Shown here piece after piece: positions 1 through 11,980 of a stretch of DNA of 64,000 nucleotides. A program made the position numbers and the translations under genes. Below the pieces are notes generated by a model. That model saw only the letters and a list, made by a program, of their open reading frames with translations, did no database searches and was not told the origin of the DNA. The stretch's first letter is position 1. Every line of letters starts with the position of its first letter. The DNA is from Psammoneis japonica (Eukaryota). Location: the NCBI GenBank assembly GCA_008632985.1, contig QPGO01000186.1, positions 62,001 to 126,000 on the forward strand, in the 5' to 3' direction.

Positions 1-404
1 TGCAAGGTTGACGAGCAGAGTCAACAAATGAGCGTCAGTAAGTGGGCATCAAACGCAATAAAGGAAAGAAAGAATGGATGTTGGCTGACCATGGACTGGT
101 TGATGGCTGATGATCGATGACATCGATGCGGTCGAGGTCGCGAGCTTGTCGCGAGATCGAGAGATGGTCGATGGTCGTGGTCGAGTCTTGCATTTGGTGG
201 CGTTTTTTACTTCCTCATGACTGAAATCCCACCAAAAAACCCGGAAATCCCACCCTGGCGCGCCGAATATTATTGAGCTTCGAAAACCGGGGGGTTCGGG
301 CGGGTGCCCGGTTCATTATTCCGGTTCATGCAAACAGTGTCCCTATCCATTACAGTACCTATCCATCATCGCCTGAGTAAGTCTAAGTCTTAAAGACCTG
401 AAAG

Positions 405-1931
405 ATGCAAGATCGGGAGCACGTTGCTCTCATACTCCCTCCGGGACCCCTCGGGATCCAGATCTCACTGGTAAGGACTCCTCCTCCTTCAACCTCGAGC
501 TACTGCACCGTGACGAGCGTTGGCTCTGCAAGTAAATTTGTCATAGGAGACTTACTTTACTCCATTGATCGTGTGCAAGTTGCTAATTGGAGCCTTCAAG
601 ATGTATCTCAGCTTCTTTTATCGAGAGCCGAAACCGTCCGCACTGTGGTGGTGATGCGAAAGAAGAAGCCGCATCCTTCCATCGTCGCCCCAGCGATATC
701 TGAGAGTGAAATGCAAGAACGACATAAAAGAGCCAGAGAGCATGCGCTGACATCCCTTCCCGCATCGGAGAATACTCAGGCAGCTGAATACCCGAAACGA
801 AAGCGGGGTCGACCGCGTAAGGACGAAACACGAGAGGCTACTCAAGCTCGTAGCATGCCCAAAGGAAAACCTGGAAAGCAAAGAAAAGTTGAAAAGAAAA
901 AGGCTGCTGCAGAACGCTCAAGTGTTACTGCTCCTCCACCACAACGGACTGCTGCTGCAGCATCTGCTGCAGTCGCTGCTGCAGAACGCTTAAGTGTTGC
1001 TGCCGCCCCACCAAAACGGACTGTAGCTGCAGCATCTGCTTCAGCTACTGCAGTGAAGGTACCTGAGACCGAGGCTCCTCATGACAGCCTTCATCGCCCA
1101 GAAGTTAAGGGTCAAATTGTCAAGTCATATGAACTCAAAGTAAGTGCTGATAAGCTCGAATCGCTGCAGGGAGATTCTCGATTGGAAGGAGACTCTCTTG
1201 CTTTGGAGCGACTTAAGGAGCTCTGCCAAAGCATGCGCCAGGAGAGTGAACAAATTATGAACTCTCGCCCGGACTCTACCTTAAACACCGGAGAGCGCAA
1301 TCTCAAGGGGCTTATCAAGTTCAAAGAAGAACACGGCCATTGCAATGTGCCTTCTTCCTACAAGAACAAGTCACTTGCTGCTTTCGTCATGAAAATGCGG
1401 GAGCGGCACAGGAAACGTTCATCGGTCTCGAGTCAAAGAGGCAAGCAGCGATTAAACGATGACATTGGGTTTCTCAATCGGCTTGGGTTTTGCTGGGGAT
1501 CACCCGGTGCGTCACCGATAGATTGGGACACCCATTACGAAAAACTAAAGGCCTTTGTAGCGGAAAAGGGCCACGCGAGGGTCCCGCAAATCTACGAGCC
1601 TGACAAAAGGCTGGGTAGCTGGGTGCATGCCCAGCGCAAGGATTATGAGAACTTAAAGGAGGGTAAGAAATCTCCACTTACCGAAGAAAAGATTAAGAAA
1701 TTGGAGGATATAGGTTTTCAGTGGAAGCTAAGAATTGCACGGCCCAAAAAGACGGATGAGCGCTACAGGCGGGTTTCGAGAAAGAGCTTGACCAACGGAA
1801 ATACCGATACGGAAGCAGCAACTTCACACAAAGCTGAAAACGACAACAAAGAAGGGGAAAACGCCGAGAAGGAAAACACCGAGAACGAAGTTGGAGAAGG
1901 GCCCTTTGATCCGGGTGAGTTTATTATATAG
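405..1931 (+). CDS. Helicase-associated (HA) domain protein with N-terminal PDZ-like region and AT-hook
   Basis: 508-aa ORF; two HA repeats (LIKFKEEHGHCNVP...FLNRLGFCW; LKAFVAEKGHARVPQIY...LGSWVHAQR...LEDIGFQW); AT-hook KRKRGRPRK; PGPLGI...GDLLYSID resembles PDZ. Confidence 0.85.
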   Translation: MQDREHVALILPPGPLGIQISLVRTPPPSTSSYCTVTSVGSASKFVIGDLLYSIDRVQVANWSLQDVSQLLLSRAETVRTVVVMRKKKPHPSIVAPAISESEMQERHKRAREHALTSLPASENTQAAEYPKRKRGRPRKDETREATQARSMPKGKPGKQRKVEKKKAAAERSSVTAPPPQRTAAAASAAVAAAERLSVAAAPPKRTVAAASASATAVKVPETEAPHDSLHRPEVKGQIVKSYELKVSADKLESLQGDSRLEGDSLALERLKELCQSMRQESEQIMNSRPDSTLNTGERNLKGLIKFKEEHGHCNVPSSYKNKSLAAFVMKMRERHRKRSSVSSQRGKQRLNDDIGFLNRLGFCWGSPGASPIDWDTHYEKLKAFVAEKGHARVPQIYEPDKRLGSWVHAQRKDYENLKEGKKSPLTEEKIKKLEDIGFQWKLRIARPKKTDERYRRVSRKSLTNGNTDTEAATSHKAENDNKEGENAEKENTENEVGEGPFDPGEFII

Positions 1932-2465
1932 ATTTGCAGATGTGGTGGTTTGAAGGAACACACCACCTCTTCCTTTAGCGTCCATAACATGCTGGTTATG
2001 GCGTTTCTTCTTTTACATATAAGGAGGCAAAGTCAGTTACGTTATTGCTGCTAAGTCAACGCCCATCATTTAGCTTGCACGTTACAGACACTCACTGCCA
2101 TAGATGTGCCACTGTACAGATTTTAACTCCATTACCGTGGCATTTTAGTTTGAGCCTCCGAGGCGTGCTCCATGTCCTCAAGGAAAAGCATATCTGAAAC
2201 CTTTTCATCAAGAGTGTTTCGTCAAGAGGATTAGAGTCCTGGCAAAGCAAAGACGTAAAAAGAAACTTTGATCCACTAAGCTGACTATTCATGGTCAAGC
2301 CATGCTTCGGCGATCCTTTGCGACTCTCTTCTGAAGAATGGCCTTTGGGTGCTAGCTCGGGCAAACTGTATGCCGGTTACACTGCTGTCGTTTCACCGAC
2401 CCGTGGTTCAACGACGAGTACCATTATGGAACCAAGTAAACCGACACGCTTCGGCCCCGTCTGTA

Positions 2466-4064
2466 CTATTCTTCTTCACGGGATAAGCAGCCAACGGAAC
2501 CACTGTTGTGTCGCTGTGGAATCCCCATTACCGATTGTTTTCTTCGTAGCACTACCCTCTCAATGTCGTTGTGAACTGAAGAATCCTTCTTCGGCATTCT
2601 TGACGTTGCTTCGTCTTCCTCTCGAGAACCGCTTTCCACATCTTCGTCACACGTCGTACTTGCTATGCGACTTTCACCTGATCTGGCACCGTCACCACAC
2701 GAAATGCTGTTTGACAACAAATCAAGCTCCGGCGATTCTTCATAGATTGCTAGTTCAACAATCTCGTGCAAACACTTGTCTGCGCCTTCGATTTCTTCGC
2801 GGAGTGAAACTCGCAAGCCTTTTCGGGGATCTTTCCATGACTTGGATATTGAAATGCCTACCAAATAGAAAAAGGGGATACAACATGCCAGGGACCATCC
2901 AATAATGGCAAAGATCCCCACAAATTGGTAGCCCAGCAACGTCAGACCGCCTCCTCGAACAAGCCCGTCGCTAACTTCAACCCCCGGAAGCTTGGAATCA
3001 GCGAATAATCCAACGGCAATCAAGCCCCAAATTGCACCTCCAGCATGGACACCAATGGCTCCTACCGGGTCATCTATTCCGAGTCTCTTGACTCCTCGGT
3101 TGACCAAAATAGCCACAGCAGACCCGATGCCCCCAAGAAGAAACGCGCCATAAGTATTCAAGACAGAACAAGCGGGCGATGTTGCAACCAATGAGCCTAG
3201 AATACCATTGACAAGGCTGTGGACCTCGATCGTCTTCCAACGGGATCGTACTAGGCTATAGAACAACGCCATGAGCCCACCGCCGGCGGTCGCATTTATA
3301 GTGACAATGGCAGCGCGTGTGGCAACTTCCCATTTGGTTCCCGTGATTCCAAACGTTGATCCACAATTGAAACCAATCCAGCCCCACCAGAGCATGAAAA
3401 GGCCAAACAATTGTGATGCAGGCGACACGGGTCGGAACACGGATTTGGGTCGTTTCCCATCAAAGAAACCAGATCGCGGCCCTGTCATGATGGCTGCAAT
3501 GGCGCCATTCACGCCACCAAACAAATGTACGGGACCACCTCCCGCAAAATCGTAGTATCCAAGGGTGCGTAACCAACCGTCCTCTGCCCACACCCAATGG
3601 CTTACAAATGAATATGCAATCACTGCATAAAGAGAAAATAAGCAGTACACGAGAAATCGACCTCGCATCGCAATGGCTCCGCTGACAATGGTCGTGGACG
3701 TTGCAGCGAAACTGAAATGAAAAATGTATTGCGAAAACTTGAGCCCCGAGGCTGTTGGAGTGTGCGTGGCTGTTGGAACAAAGTCTCCCAGACCCATGAA
3801 CGGATTGGATGGAGTTCCAAATGCCAGTCCAAACCCAACGAGCCAGTACGTGACTGCTCCAAGGACCACGTCCACCACGTTCTTCACCATAATGTGAACC
3901 TCGTTGCCAGGCATGCTACTTCCCATCTCTAGCAGTCCGAAGCCGGACTGCATGGTAAGAATAACAAAGCTCGAAGTCAAGACCCAAGTCACATCGTCTG
4001 CGTAGCCTGGATCTTCACGAACAAACTCGCACTCGGCAAAGTCCTCGCAAGTGAACTCGCTCAT
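2466..4064 (-). CDS. AMT: Ammonium transporter (Amt family)
   Basis: Amt motifs MQSGFGLLEMG, SHWVW, DFAGGGPVHLFGG, WWGWIGFNCGS, IDDPVGAIGVH; multiple TM helices; start set at MSEF (4064). Confidence 0.95.
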   Translation of the reverse strand: MSEFTCEDFAECEFVREDPGYADDVTWVLTSSFVILTMQSGFGLLEMGSSMPGNEVHIMVKNVVDVVLGAVTYWLVGFGLAFGTPSNPFMGLGDFVPTATHTPTASGLKFSQYIFHFSFAATSTTIVSGAIAMRGRFLVYCLFSLYAVIAYSFVSHWVWAEDGWLRTLGYYDFAGGGPVHLFGGVNGAIAAIMTGPRSGFFDGKRPKSVFRPVSPASQLFGLFMLWWGWIGFNCGSTFGITGTKWEVATRAAIVTINATAGGGLMALFYSLVRSRWKTIEVHSLVNGILGSLVATSPACSVLNTYGAFLLGGIGSAVAILVNRGVKRLGIDDPVGAIGVHAGGAIWGLIAVGLFADSKLPGVEVSDGLVRGGGLTLLGYQFVGIFAIIGWSLACCIPFFYLVGISISKSWKDPRKGLRVSLREEIEGADKCLHEIVELAIYEESPELDLLSNSISCGDGARSGESRIASTTCDEDVESGSREEDEATSRMPKKDSSVHNDIERVVLRRKQSVMGIPQRHNSGSVGCLSREEE

Positions 4065-4607
4065 TTTGTTATGTGAACAAGGACAGCAGATATCATGCGA
4101 TGTACAATACAAAGCTGGCTTCGCTCGGAGCTTTTGTAATTTGTAATAAAAGCACTGAAGGATAGGCTAAGGGATGGAAGTGTGCTACAGATAAGGCCTC
4201 TTCGAGCCGCCTGCGGTACTTTCCGGTGTCAAAGGTCAAAGAATGGTTGTGCGTGCGTTCACGTTCATCATGGTCGGGCGTCGCGACGCGATCCGATCGG
4301 CGTCCAGTCGCGCGTGCGCTGGAGCTGACGCGCGCTACACGTATCATACAGACGGAAACCTGACGTCATCAAAATAGCGAGCGAGGAAGGCGAGCGAGCT
4401 TGCAGAGTGCACCACACACCACATACACAGCCTCTGTGACTCACACACAAAAACAACACATCAAACATCATCATTTCGCATCATTCAAGTCATCATGTCA
4501 TCATCTTCTGCCATTATCAACGCACTGAGAAGCGGTATCTTCACTTAATAGCTCCAAGCCTTCTTCACCCTCTACACCATAAAAAGCAAACTGCTTCGTT
4601 GTTTACA

Positions 4608-5294
4608 ATGTTTGTTCGAAATACCATGCTGAGGTCTCTTGTAGGAGCGTGGCTATGCCTCTCAGGCAATGCTTTTGCACCCAAGTCAATCCAACGTCAT
4701 CCGGTATCCACAACGTCGAGGAACGCTCTGTGGAGGCACTGGATCCCTGAAGATGATACTCTTGTCAATAAAGTCTCTGTAGACGACGTTCAGCGCAAGG
4801 TGTCAAACGGATTGACATCTGCTGCAGTGGCTCTGGCTGTAGTTCTGGCGGCTCCCACAACATCTCACGCCGTGAGTGGAGGAGGGTTGGACTATGCAAA
4901 TCTTGATATTACAGGCCAGGACTTTTCCAACGGAAACTACAAGGGCAAAGACTTTACGCAGGTGATTGCCAAGGGAACTACCTTTGCCAATTCCAACTTG
5001 CAAGGCTGCCGTTTCTACAAGGCGTTTTTAGTGAATGCTGATTTTTCTGGGGCAGACATGCGTGGTGCTTCTCTGGAAGACACCAGTATGGACGGTGCGA
5101 GTTTAAAGGACGCAAACGCGGGAGGCGCATACTTTTCCGCTAGCCTGCTTGAATCAAAGTCCCTAGAGAATGCGGATTTTACCGACGCTCAGATTCCGAT
5201 CAAGACTCTGACGCAAGTTTGTGAACGGGAGGATGTAAAGGGTACGAACCCAACCACCGGTGCTGATACCAGAGACAGTCTCATGTGCCCCTAG
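4608..5294 (+). CDS. Plastid thylakoid-lumen pentapeptide-repeat protein
   Basis: Signal peptide followed by AFAP motif, lumen-targeting hydrophobic stretch ending SHA, GGGLDYA and A(D/N)LxG-type pentapeptide repeats, C-terminal Cys pair. Confidence 0.9.
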   Translation: MFVRNTMLRSLVGAWLCLSGNAFAPKSIQRHPVSTTSRNALWRHWIPEDDTLVNKVSVDDVQRKVSNGLTSAAVALAVVLAAPTTSHAVSGGGLDYANLDITGQDFSNGNYKGKDFTQVIAKGTTFANSNLQGCRFYKAFLVNADFSGADMRGASLEDTSMDGASLKDANAGGAYFSASLLESKSLENADFTDAQIPIKTLTQVCEREDVKGTNPTTGADTRDSLMCP

Positions 5295-5525
5295 CTATAT
5301 TGAATATTGTGCAGCAAAGCCTTTTCGCAACCAGCTATCAGAACTTAAGTATTTAGCTATTGTTTTAGATGTTTGTAACTCTTGCAAGTACGCGAGAAAA
5401 CGCCAAGTACCTGTACTTTTCGTGAGAGGGGAAAACCTAAAGAATTCACCAGCAATGCACAGTAGATTTTTGAATCAAAATATATCTGCAGGAAGGCGAT
5501 ATCAACAGCATAGCTCTTCTAGATA

Positions 5526-6305
5526 TTAAAGAGACTTGGCAAAAGCCACTAAATCGTCCGTCGCTATCTTGTGATTCGCAAGTGCTTGGTCCACTTGTTT
5601 CCGTTCAACGTTTGCGGAGATGGCATAGAGGTCGGTCTTGACCTTTTTTGCCAATTCAGAAGCTTGAGCAGCGTTTTCAGACAGCTTCGAGAGCTGGTTC
5701 ATGGTAGCCACCAAAGTACCCATGGGTCCAGTCAACACTGAGACCACTTTGCTCCACTGCTTGTTCTGAACAAGTTCGGGGATGGTTGCCAAAGCCATCG
5801 ATGATGTTTCGAGTCGGTCCAAAAGAACCCTGTTGTCCGCCCCTTTATAGAGTTTGTTCTCAGGATCCTCATACAATAAGCATTCCCTGTTCCCCAGGGA
5901 TTCCACGATACACTGCTTGTTCACGCGATCCGACATGCCTTGAACCACATTGGGGAGCGCGATATTTGCATCTGCCCCATAGGTTGCTTGAGCTTGCTGG
6001 GGAAACAGCAAGGCGCTACTAGCTGCCCACCCCAGCATTGCAAAAGCGGCCTCCCGACGATCCATGTCAAGGTCATCCGAAGAAGGTTCCGGACAAGGAC
6101 CACATTTTCGTTTTCTCTTGCCGCCTTCAAACTCAATTTCAATCTTTGCAGCTTCTGCTTGGAGTTGCGTCTGTTGCTCAAAGCTTCTGCCGACTGTATG
6201 GGCTCGGTTCTCTGAAGGTGCGGAAAAGGACACCGATAACTGCAACGCGGCAAGGGAACAAACAACAAAAGCGCTGATTCTTATCATCTTGAAGACGTCG
6301 GTCAT
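5526..6305 (-). CDS. Plastid lumen protein with Tat signal, PsbQ-like helical domain
   Basis: Signal peptide plus SFSAP, twin-arginine DRREAAFAML...AQA, helical C-terminal domain; PsbQ-like assignment is inference. Confidence 0.65.
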   Translation of the reverse strand: MTDVFKMIRISAFVVCSLAALQLSVSFSAPSENRAHTVGRSFEQQTQLQAEAAKIEIEFEGGKRKRKCGPCPEPSSDDLDMDRREAAFAMLGWAASSALLFPQQAQATYGADANIALPNVVQGMSDRVNKQCIVESLGNRECLLYEDPENKLYKGADNRVLLDRLETSSMALATIPELVQNKQWSKVVSVLTGPMGTLVATMNQLSKLSENAAQASELAKKVKTDLYAISANVERKQVDQALANHKIATDDLVAFAKSL

Positions 6306-6649
6306 GCAGGATCCAGAAAAAATGAAGAAGTGAAAAAATGTATATTTACTCTTTATATTTGTATATGCTTTTATTCAATTCCAAATTTTGGCTCTCAACG
6401 GATGTTTCTCGTAGGTTTCTACGCGACAATTTTTTTGAAAAACATACAGTTACGTAGATATATCATTAACATTGTCGGAGGGAACTTTCGACATTTTCCG
6501 GTGCTGTACGAACCCCACAGTAAAATGGCACACACCCCTTTCCCGCAAGCCATACCTTGTTTGCGATGAAGAACAGGAGAGTTTCAAGTTTCAAAACTCT
6601 CTAGAGACGACAGAAAGCGTCATCATCAGGAGCTCTTGATCCTGTCATT

Positions 6650-7765
6650 ATGCTGCCACGAACCGCAAAACTTTCAATCTTCAGCTTGTTGTTCTCTACG
6701 GCCAGAACAGCTGAACGTTTCTTGGAAACGGGCGACGAAGAAAATTGCCCATGGGTAGCTGGTTGCTGTGAAGATGACTGCTGTGGAAATCAAACAAGTT
6801 GGGATCTTTCTATTGAAAAATGTGTTCTAGACATCTCATCGCCCGGGTTTGACGGAACTCATCGGCCGGACTATACATATGGCTGTGTTGATCGCACATG
6901 CTGCGAGAACGACTGCTGCGGAACCGGAACATATTACAATCAGACAATTGAATGCTGCCTCAGAAACACCACAACCGGAGCTCCCACTAGTTCCCCTACC
7001 CCTGGTGGTCCTACTCTTGAGCCTTCCGAATACCCCACTCTTTCACCTACCAATACGACCCAGTGCATTACTACTCCGATCACCTACAAGGATCGACTGA
7101 GAGCCGTTGCAAGTCTTGGATTTCAAGGGTTTCAGGACCCTTTAAGCTGCAAAGTCACGTTTCAACCTGAAGGCGAGTCAGTCAATGCATTCTTCTTTTG
7201 TCCACACACTACGCAAGGAGCTATGGAACACCTTCGATCCGGGTTCTCGAATTTATGTGGGAAACCTGAAGGCTTCCTTGGCCGAAGCGTTATTAGCTGC
7301 TTTGCCTCACAATTCGAGCAAGATATCCGAAAGTACCAGAAAGAAGTAGGCTTGACAAGAGAGAGCACATTCCCTCTTGAGTGCGACGATCCTGATAGTT
7401 CCGGGATCCGACTATGCAGACTTACCTACGACATCTCGGGCAAAATCTTTGGCTCAGAAATCATTCAAGAACTCAATCAGTGGGGCTCAAGTTCAAGCGA
7501 ATCACGCTTTGGTGTTGGAATATTTAGTGGAAGCCTTGGTATCAGATACAATAGCGAAACTGGTAGCATCACACCCGCGTTTGGGCTTCCCAAGGAAGGG
7601 AATCTCGAGTTGAGCGCAGCCTATCTCACCAAACACGTGACTTTGGAGACCATTGTCGGCACAGGCGTTGATCCTCTATGTGGTAACTATGATCTTTTAG
7701 GTGGGAGTGCTTTTGAGAAAGAAGATGAGATCACAGTACAAGCTAGGCTCACGATCACATTCTAG
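6650..7765 (+). CDS. Secreted cysteine-rich protein with mucin-like linker
   Basis: 371-aa ORF; signal peptide; two CCE(D/N)DCCG modules; PTSSPTP/PSEYPTLSPT linker. Confidence 0.7.
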   Translation: MLPRTAKLSIFSLLFSTARTAERFLETGDEENCPWVAGCCEDDCCGNQTSWDLSIEKCVLDISSPGFDGTHRPDYTYGCVDRTCCENDCCGTGTYYNQTIECCLRNTTTGAPTSSPTPGGPTLEPSEYPTLSPTNTTQCITTPITYKDRLRAVASLGFQGFQDPLSCKVTFQPEGESVNAFFFCPHTTQGAMEHLRSGFSNLCGKPEGFLGRSVISCFASQFEQDIRKYQKEVGLTRESTFPLECDDPDSSGIRLCRLTYDISGKIFGSEIIQELNQWGSSSSESRFGVGIFSGSLGIRYNSETGSITPAFGLPKEGNLELSAAYLTKHVTLETIVGTGVDPLCGNYDLLGGSAFEKEDEITVQARLTITF

Positions 7766-8348
7766 GAACGTGTGCTCGGGGTGGATTGGCGTTTGCTCGC
7801 TAGACAATTCAAATATACGCAATTCGAATCAACAGCACTCTTGGCAAGAGACTGGAAATGCTACAATGTGATGAGCCAATGATTCATGACAGAACTATGA
7901 GTGGGCTGTGTTGTTGCACGTAGATTACATGTGCTTAAGCTACGTATTGTGAAGCGCCTCCTCACTTCTACTCTAGAGCTAGCTAGAGCGTAGTACCGCA
8001 ATCCACAGAAAGGAGCCCCTCGCCATTAGGTAATGATCATTGTTTACAGCTCTGCGGAGGTCTTCTTTTAAAAAAAAATGAGCCTCAAGATTTTTGAGTT
8101 TTACCGACATGCTTTTCCATTCATCAGAGGCAAATAACGAGGAAGGAGAGGGAATTAGACCTCTAGACTAACAACATAACAATGAGAGTTGGATCCTCTC
8201 TGTCACCAATCACCAAGTTGGCTGCTGCGCTGTGCGCGCATTCGATCGCGCGTGCGCGCGCGCAAGCCCCCGCCCGTCCGTCCGTGCGTCGCCCCCAAAG
8301 CATTCCCTGCGAAAAAGCACATTGAACTTTGAACTCCGCGATACCACC

Positions 8349-11300
8349 ATGATGGCGGCTGTACGATCACCTCCGCCAACCAGTGAGATGAGAGGTGAAG
8401 TCGAGAGACTATTGAATGAACTGAAGCACAATTGTCGGATTCCACTGTTTGATCAGTTGACGGCTCGTGAAAATCAAGCGAACTCAGGCCAAGTTATGCA
8501 AGACACGACCGCACCGGTCGACGACATGGAAACTGCTTCAAGAGATGATTCTTCCGAAATTTCGAGTCGTAGCTCCAACAAGAGACAGCGACGAGGGTCG
8601 GACATGACTTCAAAGAATCGTATAAGACCATGGGATGAGGTAAGAAAAAGCAAAATTTTCCACTTTTCTGTGCGCTCTATTCGTCTTCTCATTCATTTGC
8701 ATTGCACGAACCTCTTTGTTTAGTTGCTTGGCGAGGCTTCAATACTTTTGCCGTTCATGACACCAGATGAACACAGTGTCTGTCTACGACTAGCATCCAT
8801 TCTCTTTCTGGGTTATCTTGTTCCTAGCTCTACTGGCAGCGAAGCCTGGATTGATCACGTATGTTTTCCAAAGAAAGACGGCAATATTCGACCACAAGTG
8901 ACTCTAGACCCAGACCCATTGTCTGAAGTTACAAATGAATTGACAGATCGAGATGACGATATAGCTTCTTGGATTTGGCGAATACCTCTGGAAGAAAGAT
9001 TAGAATACACAAACAAATTTTTCAATGCACAGGAATACGGAGAGATTGACGTCTGTTCAAGCGAGTTTGTGACCAACGCGTTCCACTCGTTCATCGAGGA
9101 TGGACTGGCTCCGTTCCTGGTAGGGAGACCAGCTCATTTCGAGGAAGTAGATTTGATTCACTTATTGGCAATGGCAATTTCTCCAATGCCTCTGAGTTCT
9201 GCTCTAGATAAGCCGCCATCTGCAAGAGCAAGAGCTCTGATGCAGTCTCGTCATCCTCACAGCTTTCATGTCAGCTACAAAGACAGATTACGACTGGTTC
9301 AGCTCGTTGCAGAAAGGCTTACGCTTCCTGAACAAGATGACACATTATCAGAAGGCTCGTCTTTGGTTGATGGAGCCCTTCCTCACCTTCGAGCGTCCCT
9401 GTACGCCTTCAGTTCGATCGCAATGTCTTCCCGAGATGCACATTTAGCGCACTGCGGTCTTGTCAGGATTGCGACTCAGACGGGGCAGAATGTTTTGAAA
9501 GAATGGGATGCCTTGATATGTCGAACAGAACGAGACGTATCTGCATGTTCATGTGATTCTATGCAAGCCATAAAAACGTCAGAGTCGGATGCTACTGGTG
9601 TTGGATTTTCAAACAAGCCCTATTGCATCCACGGAAAAAGGGGAGAGCTGATAGAACAATTTATACTACAATACAACGGGTCTCGTTATTACGCGGATGG
9701 GGAATTCACTCGACACGTGCTTTCCTCGTTGGCAAACTGTATTCAAAATGAACTTGAAAGGTTGAAACGTGCACCGAAAAGAGATGCCGATCAATGCACA
9801 AGGACGCCACCTCCGTGTCTTGTGGCATCGCTGTTCTCTGCAGCGAGACAAGTGCTTTACTTCATTTTGACACCTTCAACAACCGAAATGAATCAAACTG
9901 AGAAGGAGGAAGACGACGTTTCTGCTGATGACCAATTTGCCGACGCCGACGAGTCGTCAGAAAAGGAACAATTGAGTGTTGGTCCTACTACATCAGATGC
10001 CAGTATACATAGAGAGGAATTGAAGGATCGTGATGAGATTATGTTATGCGCAATCACTTGCTTGAAGCACCCAAGTGGCGTTGTTGTGCGTCAAGCTTCG
10101 TCTCTGCTCGCCGTTGCTTTTGCATATGACATCGATAGGTCCATGGAGAAACATTTGGCTGCTATCCTTGGAGCACTACAGGAGGGGATGGAACAGCGTT
10201 TCCGAGATGGAGGAAACGGAATATTGGTTGACTGTCAAAACTTTTTAGCACGAACGCATGGAATCCAAAGCTTAGTAGCAGCAAGTGCTCGCTATTCGCT
10301 TCATTTCGCGTCTTCGTTGGTAGATTTTTTCACGTCCAGGAGACAAGAAAAGTGGAAGATCACCGTCGAAGCGGATGATAGTGTCGTAGCTGCTTCCATT
10401 TGTCGCTTGATTGCTGCTATTGCCGTGGTGCAGCCTAGAGTTTTTCTCGGGAGGATGGAGGCATTACAATGGCTTGTTTCGCAGGAGAACGACCCAAACG
10501 CGAGGACACATGTCGTAGGTACAATTCTCTCTTGTCGCCACGCTTTCTTGTTCTCCATGACACCGGAAGTTTCAACTTATAAGTCGCTCATTGATGACAT
10601 AATGCCGAGCATTTCAACGCCGTGGACAAGATACAAATTAGCACAGCATGCGCTGGTGACAAGCAACTTCGGTGTTGCACGCGATATCTATCAAAATCTT
10701 GTTGAAACAACGTCAACCGAGAAATCGTTTTTGTGGCTCACATCTCTAGTGAAGATCTCAGAGGCCGAACATTATCTCTCAAAGAATGGTGTACGAGGCT
10801 TGCCCTCGTTTTTCCCGCCAATGTACTCTGCTCTGACCCATCTGCGTTCCCTGTCTGAAATGGAGAGAGCAACGGGATACTTCGCCTTCCAGGTTGAAAT
10901 TGTAAGCCTGAGAATCGATTTAATAGAACTCTGTTCGACGATGCGTGGACTTGCGAGTGAGATCCGCCTTACAGGAGTCACCCCAAAGAGAAACACCAGG
11001 TCCGGTTTGCATGCAAAGAACATTGAGAAGTGCTTTGTTGCGTTGTCCTCTCGATACTACAGACTTTACCGCCGGCATGGCATATTTTACTGCCAGCAGA
11101 CACGGTCTTCCATACGTACAATGTTTGCTCTCTGCCGTTTCCTTGGCAACAGTGCTCGCAAAGGCTTCTCGACTGCTTCAACTACTAAAGAAAATCAGGA
11201 ATTATCAGACGTAAGACGGCCAAAAGGAGATTCTATGCACCCAATCACTCGACTTATTCAAAAACTTGATGATCTTGTGATACGCCCCATGGATGCCTCC

Positions 11301-11957
11301 ATTGATCCGATCATTCGCGGGGCTGCGCTCCTCGAAGTTCTCGAGGGAATACTGATGGCTTCGTTACCGTTCCCTCGTGGCTTCATCGAAATCAAGTTGC
11401 TTCCTGTTGCAAAGCTACGAATATCGGCAGATCCTTGCCAAGTCGATGCATGTACTACTGGTAAATGTGCGCTACCGTTGACAGCAAGAGAGCAGACATT
11501 GCAGGATTACAGTTATCTAGTCGAACGTGACGAGGCGGAGGTGGTGGATATCTACCCAGGAATGTCATACACGCTGTTTGCTTGTGGCACCGTGCCCGAA
11601 GACTACATGAAACTTGCCAAACTACCCTTTAATCAGATTGTGGCGTGGATCAGCGTATCTTATGACGGCGCTCTTGAAGAGGAAGATGAGTGGGCGGTAG
11701 ATGACCATGCCGCTGTTGATTTTGCAACAAAAAGCACTACAAAATCGAATCAGAAGGACCACGAAGAAGAGGAATCGTCTCCATCCTGTTCGCCTCTTTT
11801 ACCCAACGGGAGCTTCTTTTTGCCGATCGAATGCCATCCAATTGCGGACGAAGGTTTTTACGAAGTAGAAATCACTTTAGGTTGCCGAGACAACCGATGC
11901 GGCGAGTGGGAAATTGCATCCAACAATAATATAATATTCGTGCGGGTTGCTCGATGA
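8349..11957 (+). CDS. INTS7: Integrator complex subunit 7-like protein (2 exons; intron 8640-8723)
   Basis: GT at 8640 and AG at 8722-8723 join ORF 8232-8723 to ORF 8724-11957 in frame; PWTRYKLAQHAL...ARDIYQNL...SFLWLTSLVKISEAE and FAFQVEIVSLRIDL match recalled INTS7 motifs. Confidence 0.75.
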
Positions 11958-11980
11958 CAAACAACTGACCAACGGTGTCT

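Noticed and set aside
2291..2905. 204-aa plus-strand ORF and similar antisense ORFs over real genes
   Set aside because: Shadow ORFs opposite well-supported genes, with no recognisable motifs.
4361..4368. TGACGTCA bZIP/aureochrome-type site in the divergent AMT/pentapeptide promoter
   Set aside because: A single 8-mer is not enough evidence.
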